From contig WALU01000009.1 of NCBI GenBank assembly GCA_015522685.1, positions 1-51,290 on the forward strand: a DNA stretch of 51,290 nucleotides, in the 5' to 3' direction. Shown here one piece after another: positions 9,292 to 18,391 of this stretch. The notes under the pieces are model-generated. The model saw only the letters and a list, made by a program, of their open reading frames with translations. It ran no database searches and was not told the DNA's origin. How positions within the stretch are numbered: the first letter of the stretch is position 1; each line of letters opens with the position of its first letter. The DNA is from Thermoproteota archaeon. GTDB taxonomy: Archaea > Korarchaeota > Korarchaeia > Korarchaeales > Korarchaeaceae. The position numbers and the translations under genes were made by a program.

Positions 9292-10002
9292 TCACGGTTC
9301 GAGGGTGAAGTGAATTCTCCTGTTATTTTTCCCTTTATTCTCCAGTTTTAGGAATACTATTTTTCCAATTTCCTTGGTGTTGCCAACATGGGGCCCACCG
9401 TCAGCTTGTATATCAACACTTTCTATCTCTACTATCCTCAGTTTATCTACATTAGGAGGGAGAGCTTTCGCGAGCTTCACTATCCCTGGAATCTTCATAG
9501 CCTCTTTCCTAGGAAGGTAGTATATCTTCACGGGCAATCCCTCTGCTAATATTTGGTTTGTCTCTTCTATAGCTTCCTTCACCAGCTCCCTATCGGGCTT
9601 TTCCAAGTTCACATCTACCCTGCTTCTCTCTGGAGATATCTTGTTTCCGGTAACAAGCACGCCATATTTCTTATTCATTATTGATATGAGGGCATGAAGA
9701 GCTGTATGCATCCTCATAACCCTGTATCTCTTGTCCCAGTCGATTATTCCCCTGATCTCATCTCCCTTCTTGAGAGAATGCCCTAGAACTTTATGCCAGA
9801 TAATGCCGCTCTCCTTCCTCACATCTACAACCTTGTATTCTTTGCTGCCCTTTCTAATAACTCCAGTATCGCTAGAAAGCCCTCCTCCTTGGGGGTAAAA
9901 GGCAGTCCTATCGAGCCATACTTCATCTTGCCTCACATCCAAGACTCTAGCATCAAATTCCCTGAGATAGCTGTCATCCATATAGAGGAGTTCAGTACTC
10001 AT
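9292..10002 (-). CDS. alaXM: AlaX-M free-standing tRNA-Ala editing deacylase
   Basis: LYMDDSY, TAFYPQGGG..SDTG, MRMHTALH and QADGGPHV motifs. Confidence 0.9.
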   Translation of the reverse strand: MSTELLYMDDSYLREFDARVLDVRQDEVWLDRTAFYPQGGGLSSDTGVIRKGSKEYKVVDVRKESGIIWHKVLGHSLKKGDEIRGIIDWDKRYRVMRMHTALHALISIMNKKYGVLVTGNKISPERSRVDVNLEKPDRELVKEAIEETNQILAEGLPVKIYYLPRKEAMKIPGIVKLAKALPPNVDKLRIVEIESVDIQADGGPHVGNTKEIGKIVFLKLENKGKNNRRIHFTLEP

Positions 10003-10113
10003 CTGATCACCGAGTTATAGTAGAGCTGAGATAACATAATCATGTTGGTTGCAATTACATGCATAGGCTAAGAGCGAGAAAAGATATTTAAGGAGCCTTG
10101 AGAGTAGAAATAG

Positions 10114-11535
10114 ATGAAAGTGTGGAGAAAGGGATTTATCATTCTCTTAATAGCTTTATTATTCAATACCCTCCCTGTAATGTCCCAAAATCAATGGGAC
10201 TTGGGAATAGATACCGTTAAGCTGTTTCCCATAAATGGTGAGGTTCAGCAAGGTGAACCATTATACCTCTCAGTTTATATCAGGAATCATGAGCGCAAGC
10301 TATTCTCCGGTATAGTAAAGGTCAACGTGTATGTGGATGGCTCACTGAAGGTCGTGGAATTCTGGGATATAGGTAATTTATCGAAGGGCTCGATACCTAT
10401 ACCAGCTGGAGGTTATACTACTATTACAACTGAGATGAAGACATCCAACCTTACAGTAGGCATTCATGACCTCCGTGTTTCAATAGAGGTAAGGGATTAT
10501 GAGGACCCCAGACCAGAGGATAACTCTTTCAGCCTGAAGTTCTCAGTAATACCCTTTGTCAATGCATTTATGGAAGCTAAGAAGGAGATGATCCAAGGAA
10601 GGGAGTATTATATCAAGGTTCATGTCCCTAATCCTTCAGATGAGCCTCTGAATCTTAAGGTGAGGCTCTTCGTTAATGAAACGGAAGTCGACTCCAAGGA
10701 TATATATGTGCTTCCTAGGTCAATATCCTTAGCGGAATTCCCATATACTCCAAGGAGAACTGGAACCGAGGAGATAAAAGCTACTATAACAAAAGAAGGA
10801 CAGCCTTACAGTCAAGCATCGATATCTATTAAGATAAGGCCATCCTGCGATATGAAGATAGAGGAGATATTCATCTCGAGTAGTGTTTTTAAGGGAGGTC
10901 CTCTCAGAGGAAGGATAAGGATATATAATAATGGATTCTCCTCCTCAGCAGTAAATCTCACTATTCAGGTTGACAGTAAAACTGTTAATTCGCAGGTATT
11001 AGGGATAATACCCCCAAAGAAAGATAAAGTTATAGAGTTGGTAGTACCTACAATTAATATAGGCGTCGGGAATCATACTCTGACCGCATTAGTTTATCCG
11101 ACGGATGCCACGGACTTGGATGAATCGAATAATATTTACTCTCTCTCCTTCATTGTAAAGCCTCTTCCAGTTTCCCTCTCAATTGGAGGAGAGAATGGGA
11201 TAATTAGGACTAATGTAACGAACATGGGCGAGGTGCTTGGTAACTTCGACGTGATACTGCTAGAGAAAGGGAAGAAGGAGATAGATCGCAGTTCCCTAAC
11301 TTTGGAGCCTAAGACAAGCCAAGTAGTTATATTTAAGGGGATTGAACCAGGGAACTATTCTGTAATCGTTCTAAGTTATGGATTTCAAGTGGCTTCGGCT
11401 AATATTTTTATAGAGCACTCTCTACAGAGGAATGCTACATCTCCATACTGGACGCTTGTCTTAGGGATCTTGGTATCAGTTATCTTATATCTAGCATTCA
11501 CAAAGTGGCATAGAAAGAAGTGGCCATCTTCATGA
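10114..11535 (+). CDS. Cell-surface protein with tandem CARDB/Ig-like domains and C-terminal TM anchor
   Basis: Signal peptide; repeated patterns such as VGIHDLRV...DPRPEDNS and VGNHTLTA...DESNNI; C-terminal hydrophobic stretch followed by KWHRKKW. Confidence 0.75.
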   Translation: MKVWRKGFIILLIALLFNTLPVMSQNQWDLGIDTVKLFPINGEVQQGEPLYLSVYIRNHERKLFSGIVKVNVYVDGSLKVVEFWDIGNLSKGSIPIPAGGYTTITTEMKTSNLTVGIHDLRVSIEVRDYEDPRPEDNSFSLKFSVIPFVNAFMEAKKEMIQGREYYIKVHVPNPSDEPLNLKVRLFVNETEVDSKDIYVLPRSISLAEFPYTPRRTGTEEIKATITKEGQPYSQASISIKIRPSCDMKIEEIFISSSVFKGGPLRGRIRIYNNGFSSSAVNLTIQVDSKTVNSQVLGIIPPKKDKVIELVVPTINIGVGNHTLTALVYPTDATDLDESNNIYSLSFIVKPLPVSLSIGGENGIIRTNVTNMGEVLGNFDVILLEKGKKEIDRSSLTLEPKTSQVVIFKGIEPGNYSVIVLSYGFQVASANIFIEHSLQRNATSPYWTLVLGILVSVILYLAFTKWHRKKWPSS

Positions 11536-11603
11536 AATTTTTATCTCCCTTGTAAGTTTGATTCATTACTTCTATTAGAAATTGCTGAAGAAATTGATGT
11601 AGT

Positions 11604-11732
11604 ATGAGGGAATATGCCTATCTTGTAATGCTTCTAATAGCTCTTGTCCTCTTCTTAATGCTTGATCCGTTACTTTATCCAGCTGTAGCTGGCCTCGGTT
11701 ATTTCATTATATGGTGGAGGGTTAGAAAGTGA
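11604..11732 (+). CDS. Small two-TM membrane protein (42 aa), missing from the ORF track
   Basis: MREYAYLVMLLIALVLFLMLDPLLYPAVAGLGYFIIWWRVRK; its stop overlaps the next start (GTGA). Confidence 0.6.
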   Translation: MREYAYLVMLLIALVLFLMLDPLLYPAVAGLGYFIIWWRVRK

Positions 11733-12118
11733 AGGGAACCTTGGAAAGAGCACTTCTTATGGCGACTGGCCTCTCTATAATAGCTTATGCTGTAGCTGGA
11801 CCTATAGGTAATGCAGCCAATTTATTTGAGGAAAAAAGAGCAATAAATTGCGTAAACATAGCATTGAAATCGCTTGATTTGGCAATAACGAATTCCATTG
11901 GAGGAGGAACCGCTAGCGGGTATGTATACTTCCCATGTAATGTGATCTATGAAGCTGAAGGAACAGATGTAAGGGTGAGGTCTGGAAATTACTCGGCCTC
12001 AATCACATATCCCTTTGAAGTGGAAGGAGGTGGAAAAGCCATTGGTTATGGTAGGTTCGCTGCCATTTGGAGAGCCAAATATATATCTATAAGGTGGGAG
12101 AGTTGGAGGAAGGGTTAA
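11729..12118 (+). CDS. Pilin-like protein with a putative class III signal peptide
   Basis: MKG-TLE followed by a hydrophobic helix, an amphipathic helix and a beta-rich C-terminus. Confidence 0.5.
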   Translation: MKGTLERALLMATGLSIIAYAVAGPIGNAANLFEEKRAINCVNIALKSLDLAITNSIGGGTASGYVYFPCNVIYEAEGTDVRVRSGNYSASITYPFEVEGGGKAIGYGRFAAIWRAKYISIRWESWRKG

Positions 12119-12309
12119 GCTTCACTTTATCTGGAATTGGAGTTTTAGCCTTAATGGTCATTATATTCTTCTCTCTAAATCTTATTATTCCTCTAGTGAA
12201 GGCGAATAAATGCTGTGAGAGGAGAAAGATCGCTGAAAAGCTACAATCTCTATCTAATTACCTCCATATAAATGCAGCCAGCTATATAAAATGGGTGAGA
12301 AGATGCTGA
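12103..12309 (+). CDS. Small N-terminally anchored hypothetical protein (minor-pilin-like)
   Basis: TTG at 12103 after GGTGGGAG; MEEGLSFTLSGIGVLALMVIIFFSL hydrophobic N-terminus. The track ORF starts at 12067. Confidence 0.5.
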   Translation: MEEGLSFTLSGIGVLALMVIIFFSLNLIIPLVKANKCCERRKIAEKLQSLSNYLHINAASYIKWVRRC

Positions 12310-12386
12310 CGGAATTGATGGAGGGAATCATCACGATGGTTCTTCTGGTTCTAATGCTAGCTGCCTTAGTAGGTGCCTTGAGTTGA
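12303..12386 (+). CDS. 27-aa single-TM peptide, missing from the ORF track
   Basis: MLTELMEGIITMVLLVLMLAALVGALS; it fills the gap exactly and overlaps both neighbours (TTGA with the next gene). Confidence 0.5.
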   Translation: MLTELMEGIITMVLLVLMLAALVGALS

Positions 12387-12664
12387 AGTGGATTATCGCT
12401 TCTATATCAGCCTTAATCTTAATATCAAGCTTCCTTGCCTTACCTTCTCGCATATATCCTGAGTGGCAAGTTTTTAGTAAGGCTTATGCATGCTCTAAAT
12501 CGGTTAGAATACTGAATGAGCTTGGCTATAGAGTCTTGCTGGGAGAGAGTGGGGATGGAGAGCTTACGGTAAGATGTATTTTTAATAATAAGAAGATCTA
12601 TTACTGCCTGTTCATTCCAGGAGCACAACCTTCTAGGTATCTAGCTGTGGTGGGTAGGCCTTGA
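12383..12664 (+). CDS. Hypothetical N-terminally anchored or secreted protein
   Basis: Hydrophobic N-terminus; 4-nt TTGA overlaps on both sides. Confidence 0.6.
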   Translation: MKWIIASISALILISSFLALPSRIYPEWQVFSKAYACSKSVRILNELGYRVLLGESGDGELTVRCIFNNKKIYYCLFIPGAQPSRYLAVVGRP

Positions 12665-13479
12665 AGGAGATATATCTGCTAATAATAGCTCTGATGATGT
12701 CCTCTGTCATATTAAGCGTCCCTGAGAGGGATAGTGATTGGGTCTTATACAGAGGCGAATTAAGGATGTGGGAAATGCATGCAGAGGCTGATTCCTTGAA
12801 AGCAAGATCTATCATATTCGCCAGGTATTCTCTAGATTCCTGGTTATACAATGCGAATGGTAGCTCGTGCTATGCCGACCCTCCACCTCCGAATGGTTCG
12901 GCATTTCTAACGCTTCTAAGCAAGGATTGGGCAAGAAAGGAATTTTCATATAGAGGATCAATCTCATACAACATTTTTAGGTCGAAGGAAGGACAGAAGT
13001 CAGATCCTTTATTTGGTGGGCAATGCAGGGAAGGAGGTATAGGACTAGGGATTATGGGAAAGATGAGCATAGTAGATAACATGCTCTATATGAAAGCTGA
13101 TAGAAATTTCAAGGATCAAGCATGCCAGCCGACAGCATATTTCTCCTTGAAGGGATCTTTAGATTACTTAAAGCTTGAAACCTCTAGAATAGTGAGAAGA
13201 TCTTTCCTCATCAATAAAAACTTATCAGATGCCTTGAATGATATTAAATTGAACTTGAAGCATCTAGTTATTAAAATGAGAGCTAGACTCCTTCCTGAGG
13301 GCATAGATCTCAAGCTTTACTATTATACGAAAGTGGTTCTGAGGAGAAATGGAAAAGAAATCTCATTCGTATTCAATGTCATACTTAGAGATAATTTAGC
13401 TGAATATATACATCTTGGAAGGATCATGAGAAAATTTTACTGTATCAGGAACTGGGAAGTCAAGGTGAGAACTTCATGA
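12661..13479 (+). CDS. Hypothetical N-terminally anchored or secreted protein (272 aa)
   Basis: Hydrophobic N-terminus, several Cys, translationally coupled to the upstream gene. Confidence 0.65.
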   Translation: MKEIYLLIIALMMSSVILSVPERDSDWVLYRGELRMWEMHAEADSLKARSIIFARYSLDSWLYNANGSSCYADPPPPNGSAFLTLLSKDWARKEFSYRGSISYNIFRSKEGQKSDPLFGGQCREGGIGLGIMGKMSIVDNMLYMKADRNFKDQACQPTAYFSLKGSLDYLKLETSRIVRRSFLINKNLSDALNDIKLNLKHLVIKMRARLLPEGIDLKLYYYTKVVLRRNGKEISFVFNVILRDNLAEYIHLGRIMRKFYCIRNWEVKVRTS

Positions 13480-13536
13480 AAGTTTCTCCTCATCACTATA
13501 ATTGTCTAAGCCGTAATCTAAACAGGCCTCAGTCCC

Positions 13537-13836
13537 TTGATGAGATCAACCATCTACATTGCATCTTTAATAATTGCTTTGTTAATATCTCCTCTCATGG
13601 TTAGCGCCCAAGATCCATTTTCCGGCTTTCAGAATGCCATTCAAGATCTAACCCAGGATATCATAAATATCCTAAACACCTTGAAGGAGTCAGCCATTTC
13701 TATCGGGAGAGTAATGGCCGGCACCTTAATAGCTCTGGGCGTTATCCTATGGGCAAGCGATATATTCTCTTACAAGGGAAAGAGGCTTATACTTGCAGGT
13801 ATAATACTACTGATACTTATGGAACTGATCCCATGA
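13537..13836 (+). CDS. Putative TrbC/VirB2-like (CedA1/TedC-like) pilin
   Basis: Cleavable-type signal (…LMVSA|QDP), amphipathic helix, two hydrophobic helices separated by SYKGKR; 99 aa. Confidence 0.5.
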   Translation: MMRSTIYIASLIIALLISPLMVSAQDPFSGFQNAIQDLTQDIINILNTLKESAISIGRVMAGTLIALGVILWASDIFSYKGKRLILAGIILLILMELIP

Positions 13837-14231
13837 GTGTTAATAGATGTCCATGAAGAGAATAGGTAGGTTCCATTCGGCCTTTGTTAAGATAGTAGTT
13901 TTATCGATCTCATTATTCCTAGTAACTTTACCTTCCATTCTCTTGCTTGAGATGAGAATACATCTTTATTCAGTAGTAGATTGTTATATCATGAGCTGGG
14001 AGCCTGAATGTCTCCTACTCTAGATCAATTATATTGAGCGTTTCCAGAGAAATTGAGGCCCTTGAGTCGAGAACTCTCATAGGATTTGACCTAAGTGATT
14101 TACAGATATTACCTTTCTCTAAGGTGAAAAAGGTACTTTCAAGCCATAGCGGACCTTTTTCGAGATCCCTCCTCTAAGCTCATTCTATTCCATTCTATTC
14201 TATTTTTATTGTATCAAAGCGAGGGATACAT

Positions 14232-15167
14232 ATGCCCAGATTACCCAAGCCCGGATTAAGAAATATAGATGGACAGCTCTTCTACTTAGAGCATGCTGGT
14301 CCTTTATCAATCCTTACTCCTGTAAGCAAGATACTCTCGTCAGAAATGACCGAAGCCGGTCAGTTAGTTGAGGTAGTAGAGCTTCCTTTCTATGGGAAGT
14401 CTTTATTTATTGAGCATATAATCATGCTATCCCTTTACGATGAGTTTATATACCATGAAACGCTCGTTCATCCAGCTCTTTTAACTCTAGATAAACCAGA
14501 TAGTGTTTTAATAATAGGAGGAGGAGATGGAGGTGCCCTCAGGGAAATATTAAAACATCCTGTGAGGCAGGTTACTATTGTGGAACTAGATAAATCTGTG
14601 ATTGAGCTTGTGAGAAAGTATCTCCCAGAAGTTCCCTCCGGAGCCTTTGAGGATAGTAGACTAAAGTTATTGATAGGAGATGGCAGGAAGTTTATAGAAG
14701 AAACGAGTGAGAAGTTCGATCTAGTCATCTTAGACCTAACAGATCCTTATGGCCAGGCAGCAAGGCTCTATACTAAGGAGTTCTATGAGATGGTAAGGAG
14801 AGTACTGAGAGATGGCGGACTCATGGTTACTCATAGCACGGGCCTTCATATTAATAGGAGAACGTTCCCACGCATCTATAAGGCAGTAAGCAAGGTTTTC
14901 AGGAAGTATGCAATGGCCAGAGCTTATATACCCTCATTCACTGATGAATGGACCTTCTCATTCGGTTCAGATTCGATGGTTCCATCTGAATTAGACATCA
15001 ACTTATTAAGGAAGAGATTTGAGGAGAGAAACTTGAGAGAGAGAACCAGGTTCTACTCACCGGAGATTCATTCATCTTTATTTAAGCATCCTGTGTTTGT
15101 TAGTGAACTATTGAAGGAGAATGTTATACCAAGCATGGATTCCAATCCAGCTGAAATAGAGGGATAG
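14232..15167 (+). CDS. speE: Polyamine aminopropyltransferase (spermidine synthase family)
   Basis: DEFIYHETLVHP, IIGGGDGG, VELD and LDLTDP motifs. Confidence 0.93.
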   Translation: MPRLPKPGLRNIDGQLFYLEHAGPLSILTPVSKILSSEMTEAGQLVEVVELPFYGKSLFIEHIIMLSLYDEFIYHETLVHPALLTLDKPDSVLIIGGGDGGALREILKHPVRQVTIVELDKSVIELVRKYLPEVPSGAFEDSRLKLLIGDGRKFIEETSEKFDLVILDLTDPYGQAARLYTKEFYEMVRRVLRDGGLMVTHSTGLHINRRTFPRIYKAVSKVFRKYAMARAYIPSFTDEWTFSFGSDSMVPSELDINLLRKRFEERNLRERTRFYSPEIHSSLFKHPVFVSELLKENVIPSMDSNPAEIEG

Positions 15168-15959
15168 TTAGTCCTCATAGAGAGAGCTATAAGCTTTGTA
15201 AGGGTCTTTTATCTTCACCCATTTGCTATCATTCATCATAGCAATGTCTCTACGCAGTAGAGCCTTGGTGAATTTCTCAAATGTCTCAGGGAAGTAAGGG
15301 TTGAGAGAGATGAGCTCTTCAGTGAGTTCACTGCTTTGAGTTAATGAAGAGACTGCTAGCTCCAAAAACTTATTTAAAGTCGTAGTGAGGAGCTTGGATA
15401 TCAGATCTGCATACATATCAGAGGATTTGAGGAAGGCACGAAGTATGAGGTGTATTAAAGCAAGCCAAGCCATTGCACGATCGTGCTCCTTAGCATCTAC
15501 AGGGATTAGATGAAAAGGGAATATTGTAGAGGCAAGGGAGAGTTCTTCTCTCAGATCATTGACACGAATTAAGGCAGCTTTACCTCTCGTTAAGTCCTTC
15601 AATCCTGGGCCGAAGAGCGGATGGAGCGAGATTACTCTCATCCCTTCCCTCGATGCTTTCTTCAGGGAATCCATAATAGGCAATTTCAGAGATGAAATCT
15701 CTATTATAAGAGATCCCGAATTCATTCCTTCAGACAGGGAGTACACTACGCTTGAGGTTTTAGATATGGGAGTACATACAAGCGCTGCATCATAGTCCTT
15801 CAATTCCCTTAAGTCCCTCAGCGATGTACCTCCTATCTCCTGAGCTAGCCTCTCCGATTTAGATTTATCTATATCATATATACTCAAATCGTGATTTTTA
15901 CTGAGATAGGAGCTAAGAAGAGATCCCATAGCTCCAGCTCCTATGAGGAGTACTTCCAT
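15168..15959 (-). CDS. tyrA: Prephenate/arogenate dehydrogenase
   Basis: IGAGAMG, EISSLK, SLHPLFGP and EHDRAMA motifs. Confidence 0.88.
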   Translation of the reverse strand: MEVLLIGAGAMGSLLSSYLSKNHDLSIYDIDKSKSERLAQEIGGTSLRDLRELKDYDAALVCTPISKTSSVVYSLSEGMNSGSLIIEISSLKLPIMDSLKKASREGMRVISLHPLFGPGLKDLTRGKAALIRVNDLREELSLASTIFPFHLIPVDAKEHDRAMAWLALIHLILRAFLKSSDMYADLISKLLTTTLNKFLELAVSSLTQSSELTEELISLNPYFPETFEKFTKALLRRDIAMMNDSKWVKIKDPYKAYSSLYED

Positions 15960-17290
15960 TCCATCAGTGCCTCCCTGAGCAGGTCTAGTCCGGGATTTGC
16001 ATATAGGCTCGCAAATGTGATCCTAATTCTGTCTGGGTAGGGACCGAAGCCTATTCCTGGAGCAACTGCTATGCCCTTCTTCCTTAAAGCATAATTGGAG
16101 AACTTCATTGAGTCAAATTCATCTATTTTTACCCTTGGAAATAGATAAAGACCTCCATCTATTCTCCCTATCTCGAGGGGAGCTCCAGACAATGAGTTCA
16201 TTGCTAAGATTAGGTAGGAATGTAGCTCTTTCCTTACCTTCCCGACCCACTTGTCTCCCACCTCTAAAGCTCCAGCTGCAGCTTCCTGTATGAATTCCGG
16301 GACATTTGTTATTGTCAGTCCAATGAACTTAACCAGCTTATTTATTTTCTCCTTAGAACCATATATATAGCCTACCCTAAATCCAGTCATTCCGAAGGCC
16401 TTTGATAGGCTTCCAACGCTCAATGAATTCTCATATATAGATGGTGGAGCTCTCCTCCTAACAAAAGATAGTTCTGCATAAGCATCATCACTAATTAAAA
16501 TGGAATCGCTTTCCCTAAGAACTTCAGCTAACTTCTCAAGTTCTTTATCGCTCCAAACTTTTCCATCAGGGTTATTTGGAGAACATAGAATGAATGCGCT
16601 AACCCCTCTCAGCTTATCCACTTCCTCAGGAGATCTTATCTCTACTAACTCTAGTGAGAGGTTAGCGGCCATTCCTTTGTAGGTAGGCCAAGCTGGCAGC
16701 ATTATTCCTATCCTATCTCCAGGATAAAGGAAGGTCGATAAAATGGAGAAGATAGCATATTTAGAACTAGGGGTCGGTAATATTTGATCTGGTGATATTT
16801 GAATCTCATCTCTCCTAGATACCCACTCGCTTGCAGCTTTCCTGAATCTTTCATTGCCTGATGATATACCATACCTTGTCTTTCCTTCGTTCAAAGCCTC
16901 TAGCATTGAATCTATAGATTCCGGTGGAGGAGACCATGGTGGTTCCCCCACCTCTAAATGGTAAATCTTCTTTCCTTCCCTCTCCATTTCCTTAGCTTTC
17001 CTGAAGATTTCTATGTGAGGACCAGCTCCAACGTTCTTGGGTATCTGAGCCCTTAATGAGGACGATATTAAAAAGTTGAAGACTCTTCTACAGTTCCATT
17101 CATTAAGACCAACTTTAGCGCATTTCCCCTTCATATCATGCCATATGCCCTTCTCAACTTCCTCGTTCCTCACTGGAATATTTTCCCTAGCTTTTATTGA
17201 AGAAATTTTCTCAGCTAATGAAATCCTCTCCTCATAAAGCTCTATAATCCTCAAAGTTATTGCCTTAATCCTGCTCCTCAGTTCCTCCAA
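15941..17290 (-). CDS. Chorismate mutase (AroQ) fused to a class I/II aminotransferase
   Basis: N-terminal LRSRI...ERISLAEKISSIKARENIPVRN..VE...SLRAQ; then VGEP, PNNPDG, DDAY and SLSKAFGMTGFRVGY. Confidence 0.85.
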   Translation of the reverse strand: MEELRSRIKAITLRIIELYEERISLAEKISSIKARENIPVRNEEVEKGIWHDMKGKCAKVGLNEWNCRRVFNFLISSSLRAQIPKNVGAGPHIEIFRKAKEMEREGKKIYHLEVGEPPWSPPPESIDSMLEALNEGKTRYGISSGNERFRKAASEWVSRRDEIQISPDQILPTPSSKYAIFSILSTFLYPGDRIGIMLPAWPTYKGMAANLSLELVEIRSPEEVDKLRGVSAFILCSPNNPDGKVWSDKELEKLAEVLRESDSILISDDAYAELSFVRRRAPPSIYENSLSVGSLSKAFGMTGFRVGYIYGSKEKINKLVKFIGLTITNVPEFIQEAAAGALEVGDKWVGKVRKELHSYLILAMNSLSGAPLEIGRIDGGLYLFPRVKIDEFDSMKFSNYALRKKGIAVAPGIGFGPYPDRIRITFASLYANPGLDLLREALMEWKYSS

Positions 17291-17294
17291 GAGA

Positions 17295-18380
17295 TCACCT
17301 TAAGATACTTGAGATGAGGCCTGCCCTGATGGCATGATCCGCTAATATAAAGGCAAGCATGCTCTCTACCACCACTACAGCTCTCGGAACTATACAAGGA
17401 TCGTGCCTACCTTTAACTTTTATCTCTGTTTCTTTCATCTCCTCCAAGTCAACGGTTCTTTGAGGCTTAGCTATGGATGCAGTTGGCTTGAATGCAGTTC
17501 TAACTACTACTGGTTCTCCTGTTGTTATACCGCCTATAACTCCTCCATGGTCATTTTTCAGATAAGAAATCTTACCATTCTTCAAGATTAGGGGATCATT
17601 ATGCTCCGATCCCTTCATTCTGGCAGCTCTGAATCCAGATCCAAATTCCACTCCTTTAACGGCTGGAATCGAGAACATTGCCTTGGATATATCGCCCTCG
17701 ATTGTATCGAAGATAGGATCTCCTAGTCCAGGGGGAACTTTTAAAGCTACAGCCTCAACAATCCCTCCTACACTATCTCCCTCAGCTCTATCAATGGCTG
17801 ATGACATCCTCAGATAACTCTCTTTATTGGGAGCCCTAAGTGGATTAGAGTACCTATAGCTCTTTGCTTCTTCGAGAGTAAACTCCTTTGCCCTTTCGCC
17901 ACCTATTTCTAAGGAATAAGCTATTACTTCCACTTTAAGGGTTTCTAGGAGCTTCATGGCAACTGACCCAGCCATGCACATGGATATGGTTATCCTTCCT
18001 GAGAACCTTCCCCCTCCCCTGTAATCATTAAATCCTCCATACTTCAATCTAGCAATATAATCAGCATGCCCTGGCCTAGGTTTGCGCCTAAACTCCTCAT
18101 AATAAGAGGAGACTACATCTTCATTCCTAACAATCATAGTTAGAGGAGCTCCTGTTGTATATCCTCTAAAGATCCCGCTTACTATTTCAACCCGATCGCT
18201 CTCATGCCTTTGAGTCACGTACTTGGATTGGCCAGGCCTCCTTAAGTCCAAAATTCTCTGAATGTCCTCCTCAGCGAGTGGAAGGCCTGCAGGTACTCCC
18301 TCAAGTACAGCACCAATCAATTTTCCATGGCTTTCCCCGAAGGAGATTAAGCGGAGAGATCTCCCTAAAATATCTCCCAT
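17295..18380 (-). CDS. aroC: Chorismate synthase
   Basis: FGESHG, RRPGQS, PRPGHAD, GGGRFSGR, GDSVGG, FKPTASI and GRHDPC motifs. Confidence 0.97.
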   Translation of the reverse strand: MGDILGRSLRLISFGESHGKLIGAVLEGVPAGLPLAEEDIQRILDLRRPGQSKYVTQRHESDRVEIVSGIFRGYTTGAPLTMIVRNEDVVSSYYEEFRRKPRPGHADYIARLKYGGFNDYRGGGRFSGRITISMCMAGSVAMKLLETLKVEVIAYSLEIGGERAKEFTLEEAKSYRYSNPLRAPNKESYLRMSSAIDRAEGDSVGGIVEAVALKVPPGLGDPIFDTIEGDISKAMFSIPAVKGVEFGSGFRAARMKGSEHNDPLILKNGKISYLKNDHGGVIGGITTGEPVVVRTAFKPTASIAKPQRTVDLEEMKETEIKVKGRHDPCIVPRAVVVVESMLAFILADHAIRAGLISSILR

Positions 18381-18391
18381 GGTTATACCAC

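Noticed and set aside
13840-14230. 390-nt gap after the pilin-like gene with short open frames and an ATTCTATTC micro-repeat
   Set aside because: No recognisable homology or structure; it may be another remnant but I cannot support that.
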